The notes below the pieces were generated by a model, which saw only the letters and a list, made by a program, of their open reading frames with translations, made no database searches and was not told the origin of the DNA. A program made the position numbers and the translations under genes. Below, in pieces: positions 12,191-25,019 of a stretch of DNA of 64,000 bases. The stretch spans positions 40,327,765-40,391,764 of the forward strand of contig NC_068994.1 in NCBI RefSeq assembly GCF_001194135.2, read 5' to 3'. Positions within the stretch are counted from its first letter, which is position 1; each line of letters begins with the position of its first letter. The stretch is from Octopus bimaculoides. Taxonomy: Eukaryota.

Positions 12191-12960
12191 TGTTTCTATT
12201 GCATCACCTTTGCCTTTGCAGCAGCTGATGAATATGCAAAACCAACTGTTGGGAATGGCACCTTTCTGTATAATTTACTTCCTCCTTTCATTCCTTCTCT
12301 GCCTCATCGTTGTTTTAAGCTCATTTTCCATGCTTTCGTTGGATTGATGAAATTTACTGAGGTAGATTTTCTATGGCCCAGATGCCCTCCTTAGTACCAA
12401 CCCTGACCTGTTTTTCAAGAATCTGTTTCCCCGTTGTTAAACATATTATCAAGAAGACTAGAAGCTCACAACCCCACATGTAAAACGACGATACATGCTT
12501 ACAATGATCATGCTCTGTCAAGGCAAGCTTGATACAAACACACACAGATGCACACAAACACATATATGGCATGCTTTTTCAATGTCTGGTCACTACTTGC
12601 CTTGGCAGATCTGATGTTATAGTCTGATACTGTGCACTGAGATTGAACCCAAACCCACAAGCTTGAGAATTGAAGTTCTTAAACCTGCAGCCATACCTGC
12701 ACCTTATATATGTAGATATCATCATCCTCACCATGTTAACGTCCACTTTTTCAATGCCTGGATGGATCAGATAGAGGATTTTGAGACAGATGTTCTACAG
12801 CTGGATGCCCTTCCTGTTACCAACCTGTACCTGTTTCCAATCAAGGTAATATTTCAATATGGCCAGACATGTTTTTGTAGAATACTAGAAATGAACCATA
12901 CTCATTTACAAGAATCATACAACGTCAACACAAGAAAACACAAAAACGAATGCACTCACT

Positions 12961-13062
12961 CACACACACATGTGCATGTATGCACACACACATGTGCATG
13001 TATGCACACACACATGTGCATGTATGCACACACACATGTGCATGTATGCACACACACATGCC
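12961..13062. repeat. 22-bp minisatellite (cacacacatgtgcatgtatgca), about 4 copies
   Basis: tgtgcatgta recurs at 12971, 12993 and 13015. Confidence 0.85.
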
Positions 13063-13211
13063 TGCACATTCACATGCACAATATGCTTTTTTCATTTTCC
13101 AACTACCAAATTTCCTTACACGTCTTTGAATAGCNNNNNNNNNNNCACACACACACACGTATGTGTATATATATATGCGTGCGTGTATATATTTACATAT
13201 ATAAATATATT

Positions 13212-13265
<54 letters not shown>

Positions 13266-13790
13266 GAGGGGGGGAAGAGCTAGATAGATAGATAAATAGA
13301 TTAAACACATAAATACATACATATGTTTACATATATAATTACATACATGCATGCATGCACACACTCACTCACACACACGTACACACACGTACATACATAG
13401 ACATATATATAGACACACATTTGTGTGCATGTCTGTGTGTGTATGTAACCAGTGCTTTTGAATAAAAATATCTTGCATGCTATTTGTTCTACCAAACTTA
13501 CACAGGCACTTTCTTGTCAATCTTGCCATGGGAGATATACAGACAACCGATGATTGATCCATTGGATATCTCTAACCATATTCTTCACTAAAGATGTTAT
13601 AAAAAAATGTAATAAATAAGCATTTTTATGATGTGAAAGAAAAATGTCCATTAAATGACAGTAAAATATATATTATATCTTGTTAGGAATAACTTTAGTT
13701 TATCATTAAGTATTGTGTTTTTTTTGTTTTGGTTTAATGCCTCTTCAGAATCTGTTATGTTGGATGTTCTGTTTCTTCCTTTGTACTATG

Positions 13791-13887
<97 letters not shown>

Positions 13888-15408
13888 GTGTGTGTATGCA
13901 TGTGAGGGAGTATGTACATGCATGCATGTGTGCATGCCTGTTTTGTTGCAATGCAAGCTGGTGTGTATCTCCCCTTCAAAAGGTTTCTATATCTCATATA
14001 GCATGCTTTGATCTGGCATTAGCATCAGCTGCATCTTCTGCTTGTTATGATCTATTTGAAACAGACAAACTTTCAGTAATCATACAACTTTTCTATTATT
14101 TTCTTATCTTCAGCTTCCCTTTCAACGTTAGCCTTCTCAACAGAGACCTATATTTCATGAAGAGTGCTAATCTCATTTCACAATTCCTTTCTTTCTCTTA
14201 CATACATATATATTTTGTCATTAATATTATTTTGATGGCTCTTGAATTATACCACAAAATTATCTAACCTTAATTAATGGATATTCATAGCGTGCAATGT
14301 GTGTATGCATGTATGTGTATTAAGGACAGAGTATATATTCTTAAATGCTTGGAATATTACATATCTGTTTATAGCATGCAAACATCTCATATCCAAAATT
14401 TAACACTGATTAACAGCCAAGAATAACAATATTTGGAAGAGAAGCTGAAATCTCTATCTCATGATTGATTCATCTGCTTTGAAATGTTGTTATGCTATCA
14501 TACTGTGAGTTGTCTTCAGAACATTATACTGTATTTCATGTATATAATATTACACAAATATATTTGCCCAAATATGTGTGTGTATGTGTGCTTGCATGCA
14601 TGTATACATGCATAATATTCATATGGTTGTGTTTACTATTATGTGTTTCCAAGGTGCATTGAAAAAAGTATTTATTTCAAAATAATAAAAAAATTATATA
14701 TGTATAATATATATTAAACAGAAAATTTTATTTACATAAGAAAATTAAATATAAAGGTATCATTTTAAAAAATTATATATTCATTTCATCAATTTTTTTT
14801 CATACTTATCAGTAGGTTAATTATAATGATGGTTAATTCAATAAAAATTTGAAAATGCATTTTATAAATGTTTTAAAATCCACGAAATTTCCAGTGATTA
14901 TAAAGCTTGGAAAAGTTTAATACCAGTCTTTGAGTTTATGATGTAAACATTCCAACTAAAAAAATTAGCTGATAGTCTTTTTTTTTTCATCTTTGAATAA
15001 ATCATATCTCATGTTTAGAGTTTTCTATGGATATGCATTATCCAATGCCAAAATGGTAATTGGTCAATATGTACAAATAGCATTGCTGTTCTTGAAAATA
15101 TGACAGTTATATCCAACATTGAAAAAGTTCCTTTCCATGCAGCCAATAAAGAATCCAGGTCTGATTTTTTGTAATGATATTTTTTCCTTTTTTTTTCTAT
15201 CATTTTATCAATGTACGACTAAACATTTCCTAATCTCCCCTCAAAATTCTATGTCAGTGAACTAAAAATGAATTGGTGACCAGTTCCACTTGACTCAAGT
15301 CAAACAAAATCCTTTCAGTTGATATTTTCTGGTCATTCTTCTTTCCTGTGAGGTCTTTAAACATGCCATTGCAACTTCTTGCATCACTTGAAATATCTTC
15401 AACCAGAT

Positions 15409-15452
<44 letters not shown>

Positions 15453-15953
15453 NNNNNNNNNNNNNNNNNNNNNNNNNNNNNNNNNNNNNNNNNNNNNNNN
15501 NNNNNNNNNNNNNNNNNNNNNNNNNNNNNNNNNNNNNNNNNNNNNNNNNNNNNNNNNNNNNNNNNNNNNNNNNNNNNNNNNNNNNNNNNNNNNNNNNNNN
15601 NNNNNNNNNNNNNNNNNNNNNNNNNNNNNNNNNNNNNNNNNNNNNNNNNNNNNNNNNNNNNNNNNNNNNNNNNNNNNNNNNNNNNNNNNNNNNNNNNNNN
15701 NNNNNNNNNNNNNNNNNNNNNNNNNNNNNNNNNNNNNNNNNNNNNNNNNNNNNNNNNNNNNNNNNNNNNNNNNNNNNNNNNNNNNNNNNNNNNNNNNNNN
15801 NNNNNNNNNNNNNNNNNNNNNNNNNNNNNNNNNNNNNNNNNNNNNNNNNNNNNNNNNNNNNNNNNNNNNNNNNNNNNNNNNNNNNNNNNNNNNNNNNNNN
15901 NNNNNNNNNNNNNNNNNNNNNNNNNNNNNNNNNNNNNNNNNNNNNNNNNNNNN

Positions 15954-15986
<33 letters not shown>

Positions 15987-16724
15987 TATATACATACACA
16001 TATATATAGAGATGCATATATACATATATATATACATCATGTATATGCATACAAATATGTGTATATATATATATATATATTTATATAGATATATAGACAT
16101 GGATAATGCATATAATACATACATATATATACATATATATACACACATATATATATGTGAGCATGTATGCATATATTACCATGAACTACAATACAATTTA
16201 AAATAAAAAAATAAGCTTATTTTTAAATGATGACCTTTGTAAATTTTACACAATGTTAAAAAATTTGGGGAATTTTTTATTATTATTCCACATTTTGATC
16301 AAGATTATTTTCATTTCTTTCAGTGCACCTCTTGTTTTGTTCTGTGACAACATTGAATTATAAGTAATTACTTATTTCCTATCAATTAAATAACAGTAAG
16401 CTCCAAGTTTATTGCGAAAGAGATGAAACAAAGAAACACCAATTATTTTCTTTCAACTTTAAAATTTAGCTTAACATGTAAAGAAAAAAAAAAAAAAAGA
16501 AGCTATTTTATATAATTCTAAATAAGAAAAATTCTTTTTGATAGCATTTTATAAAGTTTTGCAGTCCAATTAAATACTTTAGATGAATTTTTATTTTTTT
16601 AAATAATAAAGAGGTGAGTGATTAGCAAAATAATTACAGCACCAAACAAAATATCATCATTATCATTATTATCGTCATTATCATCACTATCCTCATCATT
16701 GTCATAACCACCACCACCACCACC

Positions 16725-17010
16725 ACTGAGGGTTCCAGCTGATCTGACCAACAGAACAGCCTGCTCATGAAATTAACGGGCAAATGGCTGAGCACTCCAC
16801 AGACATGTATACCCTTAACATAGTTCTCAGGGTGTGTCAACATGACACAAAGTGTGACAACACCGGCCCTTTGAAATACAGAGAGTTCTCATTTTTGCCA
16901 ACATGAATTAAAGTGTCTTGCTCAAGTACACTACACATCACTGGGAATTGAACTCATGACCTTACAATCACGAACTGAATACCCTAACCACTAAGCCACA
17001 TGCTTTCACA
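16725..17010 (-). mobile_element. tRNA-derived SINE (third family)
   Basis: tRNA-like head on minus (gtggcttagtggttaggg...gagttcaattccc, A and B boxes), then a body (tggctgagcactccacagac...ggccctttgaaatacag on +) and a simple-repeat tail. Confidence 0.65.
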
Positions 17011-17672
17011 CTATCCTATGCTATTTCCAGGATAAAACACATTCATGCAAACATAGTCACCCTCTGTTCATTCTCTCATACACATAAATGTTCTCTCCCT
17101 AAAAGTGGCCCCCATTATCCATTGAAAACAAGATAGTCCTAAAAAAATAGAAATACTTCTTTTAATAGAAATATCTGGAGGTTATACAATTTGATGAGAA
17201 TGGGAAATATTAAATTTGTAAAGGGAAAATGAAAACAAAAGAACCCCAAAAGTATTGTGACAACTATATATAAAATAAAATATTATATTATTGAGAATGG
17301 TACAACTTTGGAAATCAAAAAACAGAATGGTATTCCGAATTAAAGTCAAAATGACAAATCTCTCTGTTTCAAAAATACTCCAAAAAGTTGTCACTATGTG
17401 TATGTGTATAAGTTTGTAAGTGTTGTGTGTGTGTGTGTGTGTGTGTGTGAGTGTGTCTGTGTGCATGTGAGTGTGTGTGTGCATATGTATATATGTGCAT
17501 GTGTGTGCATGTGTTTATGTGTGTATGTGTGTGTTTGTCTTTCAATGCATAAATGGTAAAATAAATGTGTATATCTGCGTGTGTGTGTATATAAATAGGT
17601 ATATATGCATATATATATTATATATGTATTTATATATATATAACTTTATATATGAAAATATATATGTATATA

Positions 17673-17892
17673 TGTGGTCTGATCAATACGTATCCGGACT
17701 GTTGTCATAGTAATGAAGCTAAAGCATGCAGAATGAAGATGCTTGGCACAGACTGACTTTGAATTTTACTATGCATGGGTACAAAGTTTCAATGCTTTAG
17801 CTCATTTCTGTTGTTCACAGCAGTGCTTGGAAGGAAGGTATGTAGCATGTGATCATCGTGATGACCATAACAGAGAAAGTTGAACAGAGAAT
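17673..17892 (+). mobile_element. 5' end of a mariner-like DNA transposon, truncated
   Basis: TA then TIR-like tgtggtctgatcaatacgtatccggact. ATG at 17861 gives MTITEKVEQRI, resembling the mariner transposase N-terminus (E-K-x-E-Q-R-I-C-I-K-F). Breaks off at a TA-rich junction. Confidence 0.6.
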
Positions 17893-17899
17893 ATATATA

Positions 17900-18230
17900 A
17901 TAGAATAATATCTTAACCGCGAAACGTTCGTATCCAATTAACTAAAGGCAGGTTTGTTTTTGCTTTTCACTCTGGTTTTTTGTTCTATGTGTGCCATAAA
18001 TATCGCCATCCATTTAGAGAAAAATTTGTAGTTTAGAATCAGTAGTTCTTTGACTGCTATTTCTAAATTTTCAGTATGTTGGAGAAGCAATTCAATGCTA
18101 ATCCCTGTATATTTATGATGATAAATGATTTTACCGCTAAAGGTTTTTTCATACTGAACTACTTGGCAAAATTGTTAATTATTAATTCTATTACTAATTG
18201 ACGATTCCCTGCCCTTATTCTTGTATAATT
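17900..18230. mobile_element. (TA)n-embedded interspersed repeat; near-identical inverted copy at 55385-55628 and partial copy at 63969-64000
   Basis: 17983-18226 is the reverse complement of 55385-55628 with about 8 differences counted by eye. The gcgaaacgttcg at 17919 resembles Penelope-like termini. Confidence 0.8.
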
Positions 18231-18500
18231 TATATNNNNNNNNNNNNNNNNNNNNNNNNNNNNNNNNNNNNNNNNNNNNNNNNNNNNNNNNNNNNNNNNN
18301 NNNNNNNNNNNNNNNNNNNNNNNNNNNNNNNNNNNNNNNNNNNNNNNNNNNNNNNNNNNNNNNNNNNNNNNNNNNNNNNNNNNNNNNNNNNNNNNNNNNN
18401 NNNNNNNNNNNNNNNNNNNNNNNNNNNNNNNNNNNNNNNNNNNNNNNNNNNNNNNNNNNNNNNNNNNNNNNNTATATATGTATGGGTCAGCCACATTTAG

Positions 18501-19390
18501 GTGGCAATATATTTCACAATGTTGTGCTTCTACTGTTTACATCTCGCTCAGAGACTCAGAACTTGGACTTGTTATGAAAGGCATTTTAAATTGTTAAAAC
18601 AGTTCCACAAAAAATGCCTTCATCGCATTTTAAAAATTAAATGGAGTTCTTTTACTCCAAACACAGATGTCCTTGCATCTGCAGGCATCACCTCAATTAA
18701 AGCTGTGATTTTGAGGAACCAAATGAGATGGTGTGTTCGAATGGCAGATGAACGCATGCTGAAACAGCTGTTTTATGATGAGCTTGCAGAGGAGAAATGC
18801 TATCAGTGTAAACCTAAAAAAGGGTTAAGGGTGGCATAAGGACTAGTGTGAAATCACTTGGAATGGATCCAAAAGATATAGAAACCCTTGCTTCAGATCG
18901 AGTTAGATGGTGAACAAAAGTGTGGAGTGGAGTGCAAGCATTTGAAGAGGCCAGGATAATGCATGTAAGACTCAAAAGAGATCTAAGGAAGAATGTAACG
19001 ATCGAGAAGGTGAATCATAATGACCTTTTTGTGTGCACAGTCTGTGACAGACCATGCCTGTCTTTTGCTGGGCTCAAATTTCATCTGTGAACCCATGAAA
19101 AAGGAACTTCCACCAACTACTCTGCCATTATATATCTGTGCACATCTTACAATGCAGTGTATGCCAGAAGGTTTGAAAATCTAACGGAGGCTTCAAAAGA
19201 CATTTTAATATCCACAAAAATCAGAACCTATCTGCAGTTCTTGGTGGTCCAAATAGGATGTACAATCTGTGTTGGTGTCTTTTCAGAACGTAGTCTGGTT
19301 TAAAAAGCCTCATCAGATGCAATGATGGTGCTAAGGTGTAGGTACAGGAGGTGGTCAAACTCTGCATAAGGAGTGGTCAACCACCATGTA
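18501..19390 (+). mobile_element. 3' part of an RTE/BovB-like LINE with three C-terminal C2H2 zinc fingers, pseudogenised
   Basis: TWTCYERHFKLLKQFHKKCLHRILKIKW...RMADERMLKQLFYDEL, then LGMDPKDIETLASDRVRW and fingers CTVC-x12-HL*TH, CSVC-x12-HFNIH and degenerate YNLC-x12-LIRCN. TAG at 19339-19341, short UTR, (TACA)n tail. Confidence 0.8.
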
Positions 19391-19439
19391 TATGTACATA
19401 CATACATACATACATACATACATACACACNNNNNNNNNN

Positions 19440-19480
<41 letters not shown>

Positions 19481-19861
19481 TTATAGACACACACAAGCAT
19501 ATATAAACACACATGCATGAACACACCATACACACACACACACACACACACAACATGCACAAATATATCTTGAAATTATATCCCCATTTTTGTTGATACT
19601 TGTTAGAAATATTGCTGCTAGGTATTTGGGTTTTGTCCTCCATCCCTGCAGGAAATTCCAGTAAATTATGAATTTAGTTCATATAACATTTAGTACACCA
19701 GCCTTTAACTCAGTTATTCACATTTATGTCAGTGGCACCTTTCATGTTATTCTCTTAGCTCTTTCTCCTTTTAGACATACACAATACACTTAGACAAAAA
19801 TATGTTACTATTTTCCTCTGTGTGGAAACTTTCCTCTAGTTTGCAGGCTTGACTATACTAT

Positions 19862-19905
19862 GCTATGCTGATGATGTCAAATAGACCGAAACATATGTCC
19901 ATAAC
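19862..19905 (+). ncRNA. Minimal type I hammerhead ribozyme-like motif, near canonical
   Basis: GCTATG-CTGATGA-TGTC-AAATA-GACC-GAAAC-ATAT-GTC-CATAAC. Intact core and GUC triplet, palindromic stem III ACATATGT, stem I 5 of 6 pairs. The first stem II pair is T.C instead of G-C. Confidence 0.65.
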
Positions 19906-20907
19906 CAACCCTTGTTTGTAAACAAAGATTAGGCTGTCCTTTATGATGCTTGACACTGAAATTGAGAAATTGTTTCTTGGTTTCTTTGTAATTTTCTCTA
20001 CTTTTTCTATCAAGAATTTTGAGGAGATGTTGTGAGATTATTTCATTTCTTTGTTGTTACAGGAAATTTCTGTAAGTTTCAATTTTAATATACAGTCTAC
20101 TTAGTCCAGTACACCACTGTCTAATTATATATGTATTTACGTTCATACATATACAGTTATATGTAAATATATCTCAGTACAGAGATATATGTATATATGC
20201 AGGGTGATAGAATATGTACCTGACTGAGTCATGTACAGGAGTTGATATATTTGGCTAAAAGCCATGGATGCTATGTCTCTGTATGGTTGCAGTCCAATGA
20301 CTGAAACCAGAAAAGAAAGAAAAAGTACATCAGTATATATATATATATATATATATATATNNNNNNNNNNNNNNNNNNNNNNNNNNNNNNNNNNNNNNNN
20401 NNNNNNNNNNNNNNNNNNNNNNNNNNNNNNNNNNNNNNNNNNNNNNNNNNNNNNNNNNNNNNNNNNNNNNNNNNNNNNNNNNNNTATATATATAAATATA
20501 TATATATTATGTATGCATCTATGTATCATTGCTATTATGTTAAACTGTTGTATGTCCAAATTTGGCCAAATGCGCTCTTTTCAATATATAGTTTTGCTTG
20601 CTATAGCCGATTCCATTGGTCAAACTATCGTATCTCCAGCCACTTCAGATGCCAAGTTATCAAAATTTGTCAAAGTGTAGTAGAATGGTTTTGCTATGGT
20701 ATGGTGAAACTATTTTTTGATTTTGTGAAAAAGCAACATTTTGGACTTACGACACATTTGCATAATAGCAATGGTATGTATTTATGCATGACTATCTATC
20801 TATCTATCTATCTATCTAATCGATTTATCTAGCTGGCTGGCTATTCTCTCTCTCTCTCAGTCTCTCTCTCACTCTCTCTCTCTTTCACTCTCTCTCTCTC
20901 TCTCTCA

Positions 20908-20964
<57 letters not shown>

Positions 20965-21420
20965 CTATATGCATAATCACAAGATTGCATATGTATGTCT
21001 GTATGTATGCAATCATGTATATATCTATGTGTGTGTGAGAACTTCATTAGGTATGGAAATTAACATAGATAAATATAAATGCATACACACACACACACAC
21101 ACACATTTAAATAATTCTATATGATTATACACACACACAGATGCACATACACATTTACAGAGAATGCCACTTTCATTAGTCCATATAGTATTACTATTAG
21201 ATCTTTCTACTAATTTTCCATTAACTTGCTTGTTTTCCTCTAAAAGCTACAAGAGTAGCTGAAAGCCTGACTCCAAGAAATCTGCAGAAATTTGGATATG
21301 TCATTTTCTAAGCTTTCTTCATTAACATAATTGTTCAATTTGACAAAGAATTTAAGAATGATTTAATGGACTTTTTGTTTGAGAATTTCACCAATCAGTT
21401 AACATACATACATACATATA

Positions 21421-21462
<42 letters not shown>

Positions 21463-21764
21463 NNNNNNNNNNNNNNNNNNNNNNNNNNNNNNNNNNNNNN
21501 NNNNNNNNNNNNNNNNNNNNNNNNNNNNNNNNNNNNNNNNNNNNNNNNNNNNNNNNNNNNNNNNNNNNNNNNNNNNNNNNNNNNNNNNNNNNNNNNNNNN
21601 NNNNNNNNNNNNNNNNNNNNNNNNNNNNNNNNNNNNNNNNNNNNNNNNNNNNNNNNNNNNNNNNNNNNNNNNNNNNNNNNNNNNNNNNNNNNNNNNNNNN
21701 NNNNNNNNNNNNNNNNNNNNNNNNNNNNNNNNNNNNNNNNNNNNTATATATATATACTCTTATA

Positions 21765-22113
21765 TATATGTACTCTTTCATTCTCTTACTTGTTTCAGTT
21801 ATTTGACTGCAGCCATGCTGGAGCACTGCCTTTAATCGAACAAACTAACCCCAGGACTTATTCTTTGTAACCCTAGTGCTTATTCTGTTGGGGTCTCTTT
21901 TGCTGAACTGTTAAGTTACAGGGATGTAGCCACACCAACAATTGTTGTCAAGCAATGGTGGGGGAAGACAAACACAAACACATAAATATACACATATACA
22001 TATATATAAATATGTATATACGATAGGCTTCTTTCAGCTTCCGTCTGCCAAATCCACTCACAAAAGTTTGGTAGGCCTGAGCCTATAGCAGAAAACATTT
22101 GCCCAAGGTGCCA
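21765..22113 (-). mobile_element. tRNA-derived SINE family A, missing the extreme 5' head
   Basis: cttacttgtttcagttatttgactgcagccatgctggagcac...aaatccactcacaaaag...gcccaaggtgcca. Confidence 0.8.
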
Positions 22114-23502
22114 GACCTATGAACGCAGTCATATATACCTACACACCTGGAAAAAATTATGCATATGACACTACTACACACTCCATCCTCACAGGAGCAC
22201 CAAATTGATAATACACACTTTCCCTACTTCAAGATAACTATTGCTGGCTTCACAGCATACCCAACCAAGGGACATAACTCCTAAACTAATCACCTGGCTC
22301 TCCTTTATCATTCCACCGCATATTTCACAGCAACTGCTGACCAGTTGTGCAAATCCACTTCTGACAATAGAGAGCAGTCGCCATATTCCCTTCCATACTA
22401 ACTAACTCTGATGAGCGTAAATTTATCTGATCAGTTTGTTACCTAACNNNNNNNNNNNNNNNNNNNNNNNNNNNNNNNNNNNNNNNNNNNNNNNNNNNNN
22501 NNNNNNNNNNNNNNNNNNNNNNNNNNNNNNNNNNNNNNNNNNNNNNNNNNNNNNNNNNNNNNNNNNNNNNNNNNNNNNNNNNNNNNNNNNNNNNNNNNNN
22601 NNNNNNNNNNNNNNNNNNNNNNNNNNNNNNNNNNNNNNNNNNNNNNNNNNNNNNNNNNNNNNNNNNNNNNNNNNNNNNNNNNNNNNNNNNNNNNNNNNNN
22701 NNNNNNNNNNNNNNNNNNNNNNNNNNNNNNNNNNNNNNNNNNNNNNNNNNTATATATATATATATATATATATATGTACATATATGTGCATGTGTATACA
22801 TAAATATGTATATAAGTATATAAGAGTGTATGTATGTATGTATGTATATATATATATCTGTTTATATATATATATGTATATGTATATATATACATACATA
22901 CATGCACACACATGCACGCACACAAACACACACACACATACACATGTATGGTCCTTAATGCTATTACTCTTGGAGCAAATGCCTGCAATTCATGTAACTC
23001 TTAACTTTTTGTTTTGGAAGCATAGAACAAGATGCAAGTTTGCATTACTTCCATCTGATTAAATATTTCTTTCAATTTTTGTTTCCCATCGTTTTGACTC
23101 GAGAGTTAAAAATGGCTTTATTAAAATGTAACAAAATGAAGGTCTATAAAAGAAGGAAGAAAAAGTACATTATTTACTCTCACTTCATGTTTGGCATTTT
23201 GTTTGAGAAATGGAATGTCAATTTAGCTGAAGCTTCAATGAAACTAAAGAGTATGAGGAACAAATAAACAGTCCTTTGGTAAGCAATAGAAGGACATAAC
23301 TCTATCCTACAGCACTGAATTATAAGGCCTGTAGTACTGTGATAATCTAAGGATGCCACATTTTCTGTGAACAAAAGTAGTAACTGCTATCAGAGGAAAT
23401 TTTTCATCCCCTCTTCTTTTCATATGTTACCCCCATCTCTTGTAGCTATATTTATGTATGTATGTATATATGTATGTATGCATGTATGTATGCATTTATA
23501 TA

Positions 23503-23541
<39 letters not shown>

Positions 23542-23864
23542 NNNNNNNNNNNNNNNNNNNNNNNNNNNNNNNNNNNNNNNNNNNNNNNNNNNNNNNNNNN
23601 NNNNNNNNNNNNNNNNNNNNNNNNNNNNNNNNNNNNNNNNNNNNNNNNNNNNNNNNNNNNNNNNNNNNNNNNNNNNNNNNNNNNNNNNNNNNNNNNNNNN
23701 NNNNNNNNNNNNNNNNNNNNNNNNNNNNNNNNNNNNNNNNNNNNNNNNNNNNNNNNNNNNNNNNNNNNNNNNNNTATATATATATATATATATATGTATG
23801 TATGCATTTATAATATATATCTATAATATATATACTCCATGGTGGCCATTTGTATACACCCACT

Positions 23865-23899
<35 letters not shown>

Positions 23900-24982
23900 T
23901 ATGTACACACATTGGCATCATGGCTACTTCAGGAATGTTAAACATTGAGAATTAGTTTACTATAGAAGTGTGTCTACATTTATTGTCTGAGTTTTGTAAA
24001 GGTAAAATTCTAGCTTCAAGCTAAAATTAGTTTTAATTCTATGCTGAATAAATGTGCTCTTAAGGTAATGATGCTCTATCGGAACTGTTGTGTGTATGTA
24101 TGTTTGTGCGTTTATGTACACTATAAGGTAAGGAATTCCTTGGGTAGATTTATGATTTCTCTGATGTAAAGAAAAAGCATTTATTTTATCTTTTGTAGAA
24201 AAATTCCAGCTTCATTCTCACAGTTATGGTGCATTATCTGACAAAGGAACACCATTGTAAAATGTTAACAAATATCATTAATATCATAAAGATTGCAGGG
24301 TGGTGGTTTTGCAAAGCCATTAGAAACCCAAACAAAATACCTCACTGTATTTTGTTGCAAACCTTTTTGTTCTGATTTCAAATCCACTGAGGCCATATTT
24401 GCTTTTTTATCCTTCTGGGATCTATAAAAAGAAGCACTAATCCTGTACAGGGGTTGATATAACTGACTATATCCTTCCATAAAATCTATGACCTGGCGCA
24501 AATGTTGGAAATCATTAACAGAAAGATCTGAATAAATTTGATTTTAGCATGCTTGTCAGAGCTTACTTAAGCAAAAATATACGCATATGTGAGTATGTAT
24601 GAACATGTATACATATTTGGCAACTGTATAAAACATGCTTTGTCAGATGTCATTATCAATGAATTGAAACAGAAAATTCTAATATTTTATTTTTATTTTT
24701 ATCCAAATATTTCCAAAGCATAGCAAAGCTTCATATTCACAAATGGAGTGAATGCAAAATGAGTAGACGTACCATTTGCTGAGAGATGGCTGTGTGGTTA
24801 AGAAGTGTGCTTTGCAACCATGTGATTTGGGGTTCAGTTTTATTGCGTAACTTGAGAAAGTGTTATCTTGAGAAAGTGTTATCTGTAGCTTTGAGTTGAC
24901 TAATGTTTGTGAATGAATTTGGTAGATGGAAACTGTGGAAAGCCCATCTTATGAGTACACATGCACACATGCATGCATGCAC

Positions 24983-25019
<37 letters not shown>

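Noticed and set aside
15245-15410. 51-codon open frame on minus (NLVEDISSDARSC...)
   Set aside because: No credible acceptor, abuts (TA)n, no recognisable similarity.
19285-19320. CTGATGAGG on the minus strand
   Set aside because: No GAAA follows; it is the antisense of the third zinc finger.
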